Assembly (NCBI GenBank): GCA_013265495.1 | Contig: MU058059.1 | Location: forward strand, 186,001 to 250,000 | Origin: Vicugna vicugna | Taxonomy: Eukaryota | Direction of reading: 5' to 3' | Length of the DNA stretch: 64,000 nt | Position numbers and translations under genes: made by a program | Notes under the pieces: generated by a model | Told to the model about the DNA's origin: nothing | The model's database searches: none | The model's input: the letters and a program-made list of their open reading frames with translations, nothing else | Part shown: one piece after another, positions 26,950 through 39,020 of the stretch | Layout of the letters: the number at the start of each line of letters is the position of its first letter | How positions within the stretch are numbered: the stretch's first letter is position 1

Positions 26950-28200
26950 CTTAAATCTGAGGTATAAGAGAAATAGTGCATTAATGAGCTGGAAGGTGGA
27001 AGGGAAGAAAATCTCCCTGAATATAACATTAGTGAACAATGAGATTTAAAAGTATAAGAAAAAGGGAAGAGATTTGGGAATAATTTTACAAGTTCCAACA
27101 TCTGTTTTATGGAATTACGTAAAAGAAGATAGTGGATGAGAAAAGGAAAGAACTTACTCCACAGCTTAGGGGTCCCCAGTCTTGAGGTGGAAGGGACACT
27201 CTAAGTGCCATGAAGACCGGGGAAGTTCAGATTGTGCACTGTGCTGTGATTTCAGAAGGCAAGGGTAAATATGACCTCCTCCCGGCTTCCAGGGAGGACA
27301 GACAGGTGACTCACAAAGGAAGAGAATCCGTCTGACAGGATTTCTTTCTTCAAGAGCCCTGAATATAATGGAGTAATATCTTAAAAACTCGCATTGAAAC
27401 TGTTCTTAAAACTGTAATTTTATGCCTAGCTAAACTAGCCTTTTTTTTCTTGAAAGAGGCACGGGTTTGTACTCTGGCAAAACAGCAGAGAAAAAGAAAG
27501 CTGACTACGAAAAACAGTGGTAATCGGTTAGACATACATACCTGTAAGTAACTGATGTACAATGTAAAAAAAAGTACTACCACTGAAGTGACCTCAGTGT
27601 GGGGTGAAGCAGGAATGGGGCGTGATGAAGGAGGCAGAAACATACTAATGTTCTTATCTTAACCGGGGAAGGGTACGGATACTGACAAATCAATACATTG
27701 ATCAGTTTGCTGAAGATCTAAGTGGAACTCCTCTGGGGCTAGAAATAAGATGCTTGACACTAAGAAGAAAAAAAAAGAAAAGAGAATGGGTGAAAACAAT
27801 AAAAGAAGAAAGGGGAAAAGACTTATAAATGATGATTCCAAACACAGGGTATTACAATAAATTGAAATGGATAAAAACTCTTGCTTAAAAGAGAGACTTG
27901 CATAATGTGAAACAAACTGCCTGCTTATAACAGATGTATCTAAAACCAAATCACACAGAAAGGTTGATAACAGTGGATTTTAAAAGATAAACCAGATTAA
28001 TTACAGCAAGAAGAAAGGAGGTGAAGAAACATTAACAGGAGATAAAATTGTATTCGTGGTAAAAAGCATTAAACAGGACTGAAAGAGATATTTCTATATA
28101 GATAACAAGGTTTAATCCACTAATCGTCATAAACATGTAAAAGAACATAGCTTTCCAAATTTCTCAGTAGGTCTAAGGAGTCAAAAGTCATGTCTGGACA
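26950..28200 (+). mobile_element. Ancient L1M fragment (ORF1 through the ORF2 endonuclease start), heavily decayed
   Basis: ttaatgagctggaag...agttccaacatctg...tcacaaagga...tatgcctagctaaactag (ORF1-like) and acagaaaggttga...gataaaattg...aaagcatt (endonuclease-like). Confidence 0.7.
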
Positions 28201-29879
28201 CTTTGCTACATGCTCCTCAGAAATCTACTTACTAAGTGATTTACACATGTTGTTATAGTGAAGACTAAGGCACTGTGTCAGACGTGAGTGACCAGGAGAA
28301 TCATCAGACACTAGTCCTCCATAAAAGCCTGCTGCTATTCTAAGGCCATAGTCCTTATCGTCATCGCTACTCAACCAACATGTGCTTCTTCAGGAACCCC
28401 TAGTCATTTACGAAGAATGTATTTTTTTTTTATATCAGAGATAGCCCAAGCTAATGTGGGAGGCTGACTAAATGATTATCTTGGTCTATCTTAGGTATTT
28501 CAAAATTCTACTGTTATACCTAATTCTGTAACTGTGAACATAAATATTTGACTTATTTTCTTAGGAATGATTTTTAGAAATGGAAAAATAGTTAATTTAA
28601 AGCCTAAAAAGATAACTATATACATATGTATACATGTGTATATGCATATTTTATATGTGTATCAAATGCATAGTTTATATTTGAATATATATCTGTGTAT
28701 ATATTCAGACACCTGATTAAAATATTTCTCGGAAAAGCAAAATTATCGAGAAATCCTTGGCCCTTTTTTGAATCTTTCCTTGGGACAACTTAAATATTAG
28801 GGAGATAATATATACATCAAAATGATAAATGGATAAATCTCATAATTGTTTAAATTTCTTCTGGTCAGTTGTCCATTTGCTATTTAATATGCTTTCTAAT
28901 TTAATGATTTAAAGCAGCGCTCACCAAATCTCAGACCATGCAGCACAGGGCTCATTCTCATACCTCCCAAGAAATGTGTGTCAGCATTCTTTCCAGAAAA
29001 CGATGTGGCTATCATTCTAAGGTAAGATTTGGAGGGAGAATTACCTCTAGTAATAGTCCCACTATTTTAGTGATTTCTATTTCACAAAGTATAGCAGTTA
29101 CACTACTTTGAAATCCCCTGCTACAAAAGAGTTCTCCTCTGACACTGTAATGAGGTCCAGAAGGATGGGTCTGCTTGTCTGAGCTGTCTTGAAGGAGGAG
29201 GGCAGGAGACAATGACAGTCATCTTACTTGCAGGCTGTCAGGATGATTTCTCTAACTCTGTTCAAACATCCATTCATGCTACAGAGAGGATGCCAACTCT
29301 GTAATTCAAAATTCCCATTGTTCCTAAAGTATACGGCCGGCCCTGCAGCTGTATTGTGAGAGAAGTTTCAGTCTGACTTAAGGTCATTTCCTTTTCTCCC
29401 ATAACGGATGTGCTCACATATGTGTGTCTAAATTTCAATTATCTCTCGGTTCCCGCAGCTGCTGTGGAAGGACTAAGGGCATGTGCTGTGCCCGGCTGTG
29501 TTACACGCCCCAGGACAACGGATGCTGAATACCAAACACGTAACATCAGTTCTGGGTAGATGTTCTGCATCGTGGAGCAAAGACTCCAAATCTAAGTTTT
29601 CCCCCAGACCTTTTTTTACAATTCTTTGAGCCCAGATAGTTTAGAGGCACAAAGCAAGAGACCCCTGCTGCATTTTTAGTTGAAATCTGACTCCACTGGG
29701 AAAAGGAAACATTTTTTTTTTCATAGACTGAGACTGCCTTCTCTCAGACGTGATCTGTCCTACATAGTCAGTGAAGCAATCGTATTAAAAATCAACGATC
29801 TTCATCTTCATTGTCATCACCAGCATCATCATTTTCATCACTTTCATCTCTGTAGTTATTTCTACTGTTATGAGTTACA

Positions 29880-30140
29880 TGCAAGTGTTAGCTGACTTAG
29901 CTCTCTCAGCTCCACAAGGTGGGTATTATTATTACACTTTGAGTTGACAGAAGAAGAGCCTAAGGCAAGGGAATTTCAGTAAGTTGCATGTGGTCACCGT
30001 TAGTAATGCTGGAGTCAGAATTTGAGCTCTGGAGTAAGTCTGCTTGAATTCAAAATGTGGCTTTCCCACTACAAATAGTGTGACTGAAGAGGTTTCTTAA
30101 CTCCCCTGGGAAGTTTCCTCATCTGGAAAAGGGGTGTATA
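29880..30140. mobile_element. Overlapping opposite-orientation MIR fragments
   Basis: aaggtgggtattattat...gtaagttgc...tggagtcagaatttga (minus), then gtgtgact...aagtttcctcatctggaaaagggg (plus). Confidence 0.65.
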
Positions 30141-31216
30141 AAGATGGACATAAACCATGGAGATGCAGATGGGATGGAGAACAGGAAGAGTGCGACCTGG
30201 AGAAAGAGGGACGACTGGGCAGACCGGGTGGCGGGAGCCCGCGGTGCTGAGCATCACCTGTCATGTTTATGCTCTTACCTGTGCATGTCTAAGGAACCTG
30301 GCTCTTAACCCTTAACCAAATTATAAAAATAAAGAGCAGGGTTGGTTGGGTAAATGCTAGTTTCGGATGCAAAATAGATCTGAAGGTAAAAATCTATACA
30401 AACCCTACAAGACACAGCTGTTTATCAAAGAGGAAATGGAATTAAGTGTTCACACTTTGGTGAGGAGCGAACTAAGATATTAAAATGTCCTGTCATCACT
30501 AATATAGCACGTTTTTCTGGAAAGATGAATTCATTTTAATCCTCCAACTTCACACTTTCAAATCAGCAAAGTCACCTTCAGGAAGTGCTATCTGAGGATA
30601 ATGAAGGCAGAAAAAAAAAGAAGCAAATCTAAAAATTCTGACACAACTGTTTTACGGCATAAATCAAAGTGACCTTATTTTAATGTCAGCCAGAAACAAA
30701 CTAAATAAGCAAGGAGGTACTTTATATACAGTAAACTAAGTAGACAGAAATTCCAGTAACTTCCTATGAATGATTTTCTTTCAACATCAGCTGCTTAATA
30801 AGAAATAGAAAAAAAAACAAACTCTCTCCCGACACTGGGAGGAAATGGCATTTAGATACTAACGCACACCCTGTTTTGGAGCTCCTGAGTCAGGCGGGTT
30901 GGTGAGGGTCAGACTATTTATAGGAAAGTTCTTCTTAGTTCACAGCTAAAACTCTGATAATTGAAACATGACAAACAACAAATCCCATAAGGCTTTCTGA
31001 AGATAAAATGGAGATAAAAGGAATGAAAGTCAGTGTTTTCAAGCAACAGACAAAAAGTGACGGCGAAGGCACTGAAGGACAAGGAAGTTCTTTCTACCAG
31101 ATTTATGGGTCAGCACCGTTATTGACAGAAATAGATTGTTTTGAAGAAAATAAATGAAATCCATCTTTCACTTACAACCAATACTTATAAAGCTTGAAAT
31201 CCTCATTGAGAGATAT

Positions 31217-31870
31217 GCAAAGGAAACAAAAGCAAAAATAAACAAATGAGACCTAATTAAACCTAAAAGCTTTTGCACAGCAAAGGAAACCATCAACAAA
31301 ATGAAAAGACAACCCACTGAATGGGAGAAAGTGTCTGCAAATGATGTGACCAGTACGGGGTTAATATCCAAATATATAGACAGTGCATCTACCTCAACAT
31401 CAAAAAAAAAAATTGAAAATGAACAGAAGACCAGAACAGAAAATTTTCCAAGGGAGATATACAGATGGCCAACAGGGACATGGAAAACTGCTCAACATTG
31501 CTAATTGTCAGGGAAATGCAAATCAGAGCCACGAGACGTCACCTCACACCTGTCAGAATGGCCATCATAAAAAAAGACCACAAACAACAAATGCTGGCGA
31601 AGATGCGGAGAAAGGGAACTCTTGAACACTGTCTGTAGGAATGTTAGTGGTGCAGCCACCATGGAAAACAGTATGAAGTTTCCTTAAAAAAGCTAAAACT
31701 AGAACTACCATATGACCCAGAAATTCCACTTCAGTATGTATCTGAAGAAAGCAAAAACACTAATTCAAAGAGATAAATACACCCCAATGTTCACAGCAGC
31801 ATTATTTACAACAGCCAAGATATGGAAGCAACCTAAGTGTCCATAAACAGATGAATGAAGAGGATGTGTT

Positions 31871-31904
<34 letters not shown>

Positions 31905-32469
31905 ATAAAATGTCACTCAGCCATAAAGAATGAAATCTTGCCATTTGCAGCAACAAGGATGGATATGGAGGGTATTCTACTTAGTGACGTAAGTCAGACA
32001 GAGAAAGACAAATGCTGTATATCACTTATATGTGAAATCTAAAAAATACAACAAACTAGTGAATATATAACAAGAAAGAAGCAGACTCACAGATACAGAG
32101 AACGAATCAGTGGTTACAGTGGGGAGAGGGAGAGGGCCAAGATAGGGGCAAGGGATTAAGAGGTACAAACTGTTAAGTATAAAATAAGTAAGTGGGGGCA
32201 GGGTATAGCTCAGTGGTAGAATGCGTGCTTAGCATGCCAAGGACTTGGGTCCAATCCTCAGTACCTCCATTAAAAAATGCAGTATTCTTAAAAATAAAAT
32301 TAAATTAAATAAATAAGCTATAAGGGTATGTTGTACAGCACAGGGAATATACCCAGTATTTTGTAATAACTATAAGTGGAGTATAACCTTTAAAAATGGT
32401 GACTCACAATGTTATATACCAGCAACTTAATACAGTATCATACATCAGCTATACCTCAATTAAAAAAAA
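31217..32469 (+). mobile_element. 5'-truncated L1 (ORF2 C-terminus plus 3'UTR) with an internal (TA)n(CA)n tract and a nested SINE
   Basis: [14 protein letters not shown] and [31 protein letters not shown] match L1 ORF2p; ends ctatacctcaattaaaaaaaa. Confidence 0.95.
32194..32310 (+). mobile_element. tRNA-derived camelid-type SINE (vic-1-like) inserted in the L1 3'UTR
   Basis: gggggcagggtatagctcagtggtagaatgcgtgcttagcatgc...ccaatcctcagtacctccatt with A and B boxes; flanked by aaataag repeats. Confidence 0.9.
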
Positions 32470-33184
32470 GACACAGGCACGTAGAAGACATGAGAATGCG
32501 TCACGTAAAATAAAGAGCTTTGAACTAGGAGCCAAGAGATGTGGATTCCAGATCTGCTTCTGCTAAATGCCCAGCCTGGGAAAGGTTTATTCATGGCTCT
32601 GTGTACCAGTGACCCTTCTGGGGGCCAGACTGCTGGATGGATACATCGTTTCGAAGGAGAAACACTTCTGTCTCTTTCTACTCTCTGCCTTCTACTTCTA
32701 GTACTCCAGCCAGACAGACTGTTTAACTGTGTAGTGTATCTCAGAGGTTGATGGGATTTAGCAAGTTTCTCTCACTTGAATTTTCATAAAAATGGCTGAA
32801 AGGAGGAAGAATCTGTTTCACAGAAGTAAATATATTCTAAAGTCTCAACGTTGTCCATTTTCTATCATTTCAGCATGACCTCCGGAAACTCATTTAACGT
32901 TAGTCTTAATTGTGAAAGGCAGATCAATGGCCCGAATTAAAAAACATTAAAAGATGATTTCAAAATAGTCCAGCCACTTGCATTACCATGTCAGATGTCT
33001 TCTCTTCCAGGGCCCAGGGGGTTTTATGGGCTTTTTTTTTTTTTTAACATTTTATTTAAAGTATCAAATCATAGCTAATCTTTCTATGTTCTCCAAGCTT
33101 CACCAACATCATAAACTCCTAACTGAACAAATACAGTAGTATTCTGAAAACCTCAAAGACCATTTGTGTTTTCAAACTTGTTAC

Positions 33185-33269
33185 CCTTTTTTTGTCCTGT
33201 AAAGGTAAGCAGAACTTTTCAACGAGCGCATCTCACAAAGGGGCCCTGTGGACGCTCGGAAAACATTCC
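33185..33269 (-). CDS. Possible alternative exon (phase 1->2): (G)NVFRASTGPLCEMRSLKSSAYLYRTKK(G)
   Basis: Acceptor ctacttactcag|GG and donor AGG|gtaaca; 85 nt; one open frame; CpG-containing patch in AT-rich flanks. Confidence 0.25.
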
Positions 33270-34256
33270 CTGAGTAAGTAGATGTGTCACCACCCCTAAT
33301 ACACACTGGACAAATCCAAGTATTAAAACTTTCAAAAATAATAAATAAATACATAAACCTAATTACCTCCCCTCTCAAAAAAAACCTCTCAGCTATTGCT
33401 AATAAACTTTGCTTTCTGCTCTCAACATTTTCCTTCTTTTTCCATCCATCTCGCTTTTTGAACGTCAAATCTTTATCTTGATAGTAAAATAACTTAAACC
33501 TTTTCCATTTCAGAATCGTCCAGATTTACCAATGGAAATTTTCCTCTTGGTTACTTTGTAGGGGCAGCCAGTTGACATTCAGTTCCTTTCTCAGCATCAC
33601 TACACTAAAAACAACAACAAAAGCCCCCAAACACCCCCCACCCCAACAAAACACACCCAATGGCGGCAGTTTCCCCAGATGCGCGTTCCTGTCTCAGCAC
33701 CATGTGGTGCTGGGAACTTGCAGCAAGAAGTCTTCCAACACCGTGATATGACTGCTGGTTCCAGACGTCTGAGCTGTGCCCAAGTCAGCCTTTCTTCACT
33801 GCGTGGAAGGAAACAAAGAAACAAAGAAAGATACTTTCTTTTCCTTCTTTTCTTAAACATAACAACCTAAAAATCATCCAACCAAGTGGAACAGAAAAAG
33901 ACCTGAATCTCAAATAACTAGAGGAATTGTTAGCAGCTCCGCTCTGCACACACCCACACTTCCTCACGGTTATGCTTAGCTGGGGAAATGGGACTGGGGC
34001 GCCAGTTACTTTGATTATTTCAGGTACAGGTACCTGCTCCCCAAATACAGACAGTAAGTGATGAGTGACAAGGACCCCACTGGACACAGTGAGCGGTAGC
34101 TGGCTCTGCCCAGGATCGCTGGTCTGAGAAACGGCAGCAGGCCCGGAATGCTCTTCAGTGATGTAGACGTGAGTGTTCACAACGAGCCAGCAAGTCAGCA
34201 CTGTTTGTCGTCATCGCAAGCAACTTTGTTCAGCTGTATTTAAATGCAGCGTGGCA

Positions 34257-34424
34257 GAGGGGAGGGGACAGCTCAGTGGCAGAGCACGTGCTTAGCATGC
34301 ATCAGGTCCTGGGTTCAATCCCCAGTACTTCTATTTAAATAAATAAGTAAGTAAATAAACCTAATTACCACCCCCCCAAAGAAACCCCAAGAAAACAAAA
34401 GCCAAAAAATAAATATTAAAAAAA
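34257..34424 (+). mobile_element. tRNA-derived camelid-type SINE
   Basis: gggacagctcagtggcagagcacgtgcttagcatgcatcaggtcctgggttcaatccccagtac plus tail aaataaacctaattaccaccccccc and A-rich end. Confidence 0.92.
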
Positions 34425-37261
34425 TGCAATATGAATTTGTAATACCTTACAAGAGACATGCCGATTTTCTAAAAAGACTGTAAAGAGGTAAACAAAACAA
34501 AACAAAACAAAAAACCCCAAACCCCAGAATCTATTGTCTGTAACTGAAGAAGGGAGCTTCTTGTTACATCTGAACTCCCTGGAGCCCTGGGGCTTCTCCC
34601 AATTGGCCCTCAATACCTCACCTTATCTCCTCTCTCCTCTCCCTCCCCCGCCTGCCCCACGAGTGTGTGTCCTGTTCTCTGAAGACCCCCTCCTCGCCAG
34701 CACACCCCAGCCCTTCGCTCCCTCCTTGCCTCCAGCATTTCCTTCAGAAATGAGCATCCACCTCAGTGCAGTGAAGCCTAGTGAACACACATGAGCTATG
34801 GTTCGATACTTTAAATAAGATGTTAAAAAAGAAAAAAAAAAAAAACCAGCCTGGGGCCCTGGGGGAGAAGTTAGGCATGAGAACATAAGTGGCTGAACCA
34901 CCCTGAAAACATCTATTAATGGTTTCTAATTTGGGCAACTGATTTGCCTTTCACAATTAAGACCAACATCAAAATGAGCTTCTGCAGGTCACGCTGAAGG
35001 CCAGGAATGGACAAGTTAACCACCGGCCGAGGCGCAGGGAGAGCCAGCTGAGCGTCGCTCTTCAGTCCTCAGCTCGGTGTCACTTCCCCTACCTGTGCTG
35101 GTTTTCTTGCCTCCTTAGAACGGTACCAGATATTTGATTTTTCAGAAATTACGCGTAACGGGAAGAGCTCACCGTAGCTGGCACGTCCGACTGGATACGG
35201 TGTCAACTTGCTAGAGCTCAGAGTTAGCCAAGGCACAGGAGGGGGCCCATCGGCCTCCTTCCATACCTTGTGACTGCTGACACTGTATTTTCATGTATAG
35301 GTTCGACTCAAAATGGCGAATGAGCACGACGAAGGAGAGAAAAGCAGAAGAAAAACCCCTAATCCGAAAAGAGCTCAGCTTTGGAAACTGAAGGTGTGCC
35401 TGGAGGCACCACCGCAGGCCCCCGTGCCTCAACAGAGCTGCTCTGCCCTCTCCGCTTCTGTTAAACTGTCCTCCCATTTCTTCTCTCCCACGCCCCGTTT
35501 TCTTTCTTTCATCATCGTGTTTACCACCACTTGTGAGGACACAGTGAGTGCCTGTTTGCTTGATGTCTGCTTCCTTCACAGGACTGACGGAGGCGCCAAG
35601 GGCAGGAAACCATTCCGCTCAGGGCAGGTCTCCAGGAGACTGGCTGAACTCATTTATGAATGAATCACCTTCACGCTATGCTATCTGAAGGGTCATGGGT
35701 AAAGAATCAGACTTTGTCTTTTGAGTATTTTATTTTCTAAATGCATAATTAATGCAAAAATGTTAAGGAAGTGGATTAAACAAATAGGTTAAATATCCAA
35801 TTTTTTGTGTGTGTGACATTAATTTCCAAGGTATTCAACTAAACAGAAAAGAGCCTTGTTTGAAATCAACACTCCCATTGGTGTGTTTAACCTCCTTAAT
35901 CTTAAAGACGATGCCAGGAGAAGTAAGCTGTCTTAGAAGTTTAAAGGTTCCAGAGCCCCACATAAATGCAGACTGCCTGTCAGATCGTCGCTGCGGGTCA
36001 CTTAGGCGTCCTGTGCAGGACAGTGTTTGGTCCTCAGGAGCTCTGAGCCACAGAAGTGACAGGTTCACCTAACAGGAATTCAGACAGGCCACGTCAACAG
36101 GCAGAATGTGGAAGAGGCCTTGAGCCAGCGATCTGACTGCTGTGAAAAACGTCACGGGCTTTTCAGCAACAGGCATCTTCCGATACATCGAAAACAACAG
36201 ATCCTCCCCAGGAGCCTTTTTAGTTCTCAGAGTGTAAGGTGAGCTGGACCTTTTTTCAGGCAAGTGAGTTATTTAAAGCTTAAGAGATCTGACAGAGTTA
36301 CAGCAGGGTCTGTTTCATATCCTCCCATATAGGCTTCAAGAAAGGCTACCCTGAGTGACTAGTAAATTAGCTCTGAAATACTGAAAGATTAAAGCACCTA
36401 CAATAAAAAACTGGGCCAAGCAGGACCAGTGTCAGATCGCTGATCTGACTCATAAAACGCTGCAGGACACATTTTCAAAGGGACATCCACTTATATTTAA
36501 AAGAAGTCACTGAAGAGCTGGCCTACTTTAAGACAAGGGGCCGTAAAGGACACGCAGGGTCTTGGGGAGGGACAGAGTTCCCCGTGACCACTCCCTCGGA
36601 ATCCGGGCTGACAGCCTCCAGCGTGAAGTGAAGCCCTCACTAGGTGTTTCACACACCGGATTGGATGAAATCCTCAAAATCTCCATTTTTCAAATGAAAA
36701 AATGGTGAACAAAGAGGTTCTATAAATGCATCTGGCATCAGGAGTGCCACAATTTCCCAAACACCAAGAGTCTTTCTCACTTACTTTGCAGTAGCTTTAT
36801 CTAATCTGGAAACCTAATATTCAACAGTGTTTCTTGGGTGGGAAAAAGAAGGGTCTGAGGGAGGAACGTGAAGCTCTGGGTGAATGTAAAATAGGTTCGT
36901 GTTTCCTTAAAACCTGAGGACTCTCAGGTAACATTTGCCAAGCCCAGGTTTGTAAGCCTTGTGGCTCAGTTCCTATGTGGGCTAGTTAGCCGTTCTCTAT
37001 TTTATGGCCACATGGTCAGTTTTTATTTTTATTTTTCCAGATCCAGGGCTGGTAACTGGTTTAGAGGAAAAGAAATCCTGTGTACACAGCAGAGTCACAG
37101 GGGCAGAGGGAGCTCTGTCCTGAGCAGGGGAGCGAAAACAAGCCGCAGGAAGCTGGGCTTCTGACGGCCACGCACCGGGGCCCCGGCTGCATCGCCCACC
37201 CGTTCCCACGTGAACGGGAGGTTGGCTGAGTGTGTCTGTCCACCTTCAACGTGCAAGAGTC

Positions 37262-37400
37262 ACTAGCTTGTTAACAGCGATTCCTGAGGCTTAACACCAG
37301 AGTCTCTGATTCAATAAATCTAGAGGAAAGCCAGGAATCTCCACTTTACACAGCCTCCCCCCCGTGAGCCTTACACGTAACCCCTGGAGGAAACAGTGGC
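37262..37400. mobile_element. MER5-like hAT-Charlie DNA transposon fragment
   Basis: gcttgttaa...gattcctg...ccagagtctctgattcaata...ccaggaatct. Confidence 0.55.
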
Positions 37401-38342
37401 CCGAACCAACCACCAGCCAGCATGTGCACCTCTCACAACACACTCCTGTCATAGTTCATTTCAGGATAGTAAAGTGTGTGTTCATCCAATTCTTCTCAGT
37501 TAAGGACACTCAGAAACAAGGCAACAACAAAATTGGTATCATAAACCACCCAGGAGTCATTGCTTCTCCCCTCGCTAGGCAATTCCCAAGTTTAAGGACA
37601 ATTTCAAGTTCGAGTTTGTCTATTAAAAACGCTTTATGACATTTAGTCAAAGACCCACATTCCTATTTACCAAGAATGTGGAGTGAGGGAACAATAGATC
37701 CAAAGTTCTTTATGCCTAAAATTAGACACAGTCTAGTGCTTTCCTCTGTACTATTTGCTTTTCAGGAACCAGGATTTAACTTCAAATCCTATTTCACAGT
37801 GCTTGCACCATCACTCTTCATGAAATTTCTCATTTTTGAGAACTGGAGTTAGTTATCCGAAGTAAAATATCAATGAGGGAAATGAACAGGACTTTTCTGG
37901 ATGGCTGCCTGCCTCTGTGGAAGGGGAGGAGCCTAATTTCAGTCAGCACAGGCAGCGAACCAGATGGGGTCACGTGGACCACCTCTTCCCTTTCTGCTTT
38001 TTGTAAATTTTCACTTCCTTGACTCTGTGAAACCCCAGCTTGCCCCTTCCTCCACTGCCTCATCATCCCTTTAAAATGACCGGTCATCTGGGTACAAACT
38101 GAACTTGAGTTTAGTTACATGGGGCTCTTGTCCCTACAACAGTGACCTACTGAATAAAACCTGTCCTTACCACTTAACCCAGCAGCTGGCTTTGTGCATC
38201 TTGGACACCAAGATCTTTTACGCAGAAGACCCCTGCGGAGGGCCCTCATTTTCGCAGAAGGGGGAAATGAGGCTGGACAGACAGCTGGTGTCAGAACAAG
38301 ATTCCAACTAAGATCTGTCTTCCTCCAGAGCATGTATTCTCC

Positions 38343-38518
38343 TTGGGGCTGGCTTCCCTGTAGGGGCAACTTGCAGGGTCACATAGGACCCAATGCCTAG
38401 AAGGGCCCCAAGTTTGGTCTAATGCTCTGCTGTAGCTGCCTTGAAATTCCTAATAATTTTTGAACACAGGGATCCAGATTTTATTGTGCACAGGGCCCTG
38501 CAAATTATGTAGCTCCAT
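38343..38518 (+). mobile_element. MER91A-like hAT DNA transposon
   Basis: agaagggcccc...ttggtctaatgctctgctg...ttgaaattcctaataatttttgaaca...gggccctgcaaattatgtagc. Confidence 0.85.
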
Positions 38519-38810
38519 TTCCATGACCCGCTTCAGGCTGGGATTCCCCCAAACTTTTCAAAACTGAAGTTAAAAGTTCTGATCAAGTTCTGCTAAGAAG
38601 GAATACATCCGATCCCCACCATAAACGGGGCGGGGGGCCGAGGGCGGAGTGTGGAGTTGCTCAGGGTAAGAAGGCCTGCAATATTCCACTTAGGTATCTG
38701 TAAGGATTTATCACTAATAGGGATTTGATCTCTTTATAAATTCTGCTGTTTAGGTATCTGGCCAAATGCCTTAGTTCTAATTTTTATTTTGTTTCACAAT
38801 ACTGTCTTTT

Positions 38811-39020
38811 AAAAAAAACTTACTTTCCAATTCTTACATCTTTTCTTTTTCTTAGTGCACCAACTAGGATCTTCAACTTCTAATTTAAATCAAAGTGGTA
38901 ATGGATATCCTTGTCTCTTTCTTTATTTTTTGGAGGTACTGGGGGTCGAACCCAGGACTTCATGCATGCTAAGCCTGCACTCTGCTGTTGAGCCATTACA
39001 CTGCCCACCCCAGCTCAGGT
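38811..39020 (-). mobile_element. Camelid-type SINE (38922-39011) with ~110 bp of extra 3' sequence (old L1 RT fragment) inside one TSD pair
   Basis: TSD aatactgtctttt (38798-38810) and aacactgtctttt (39021-39033); SINE body ggaggtactgggggtcgaacccaggacttcatgcatgctaagc. Confidence 0.85.

Noticed and set aside
32194..32270. tRNA-like sequences (also at 34257, 38930, 47350)
   Set aside because: These are SINE heads with A-rich tails and a degenerate cloverleaf, not tRNA genes.
34033..34233. CpG-rich exon-like block with donor CAG|gtacct (ORF 33785..34201)
   Set aside because: All three frames from the tacag acceptor hit stops, and the alternative acceptor lacks a pyrimidine tract. It could be a decayed exon, but the sequence does not support that call.
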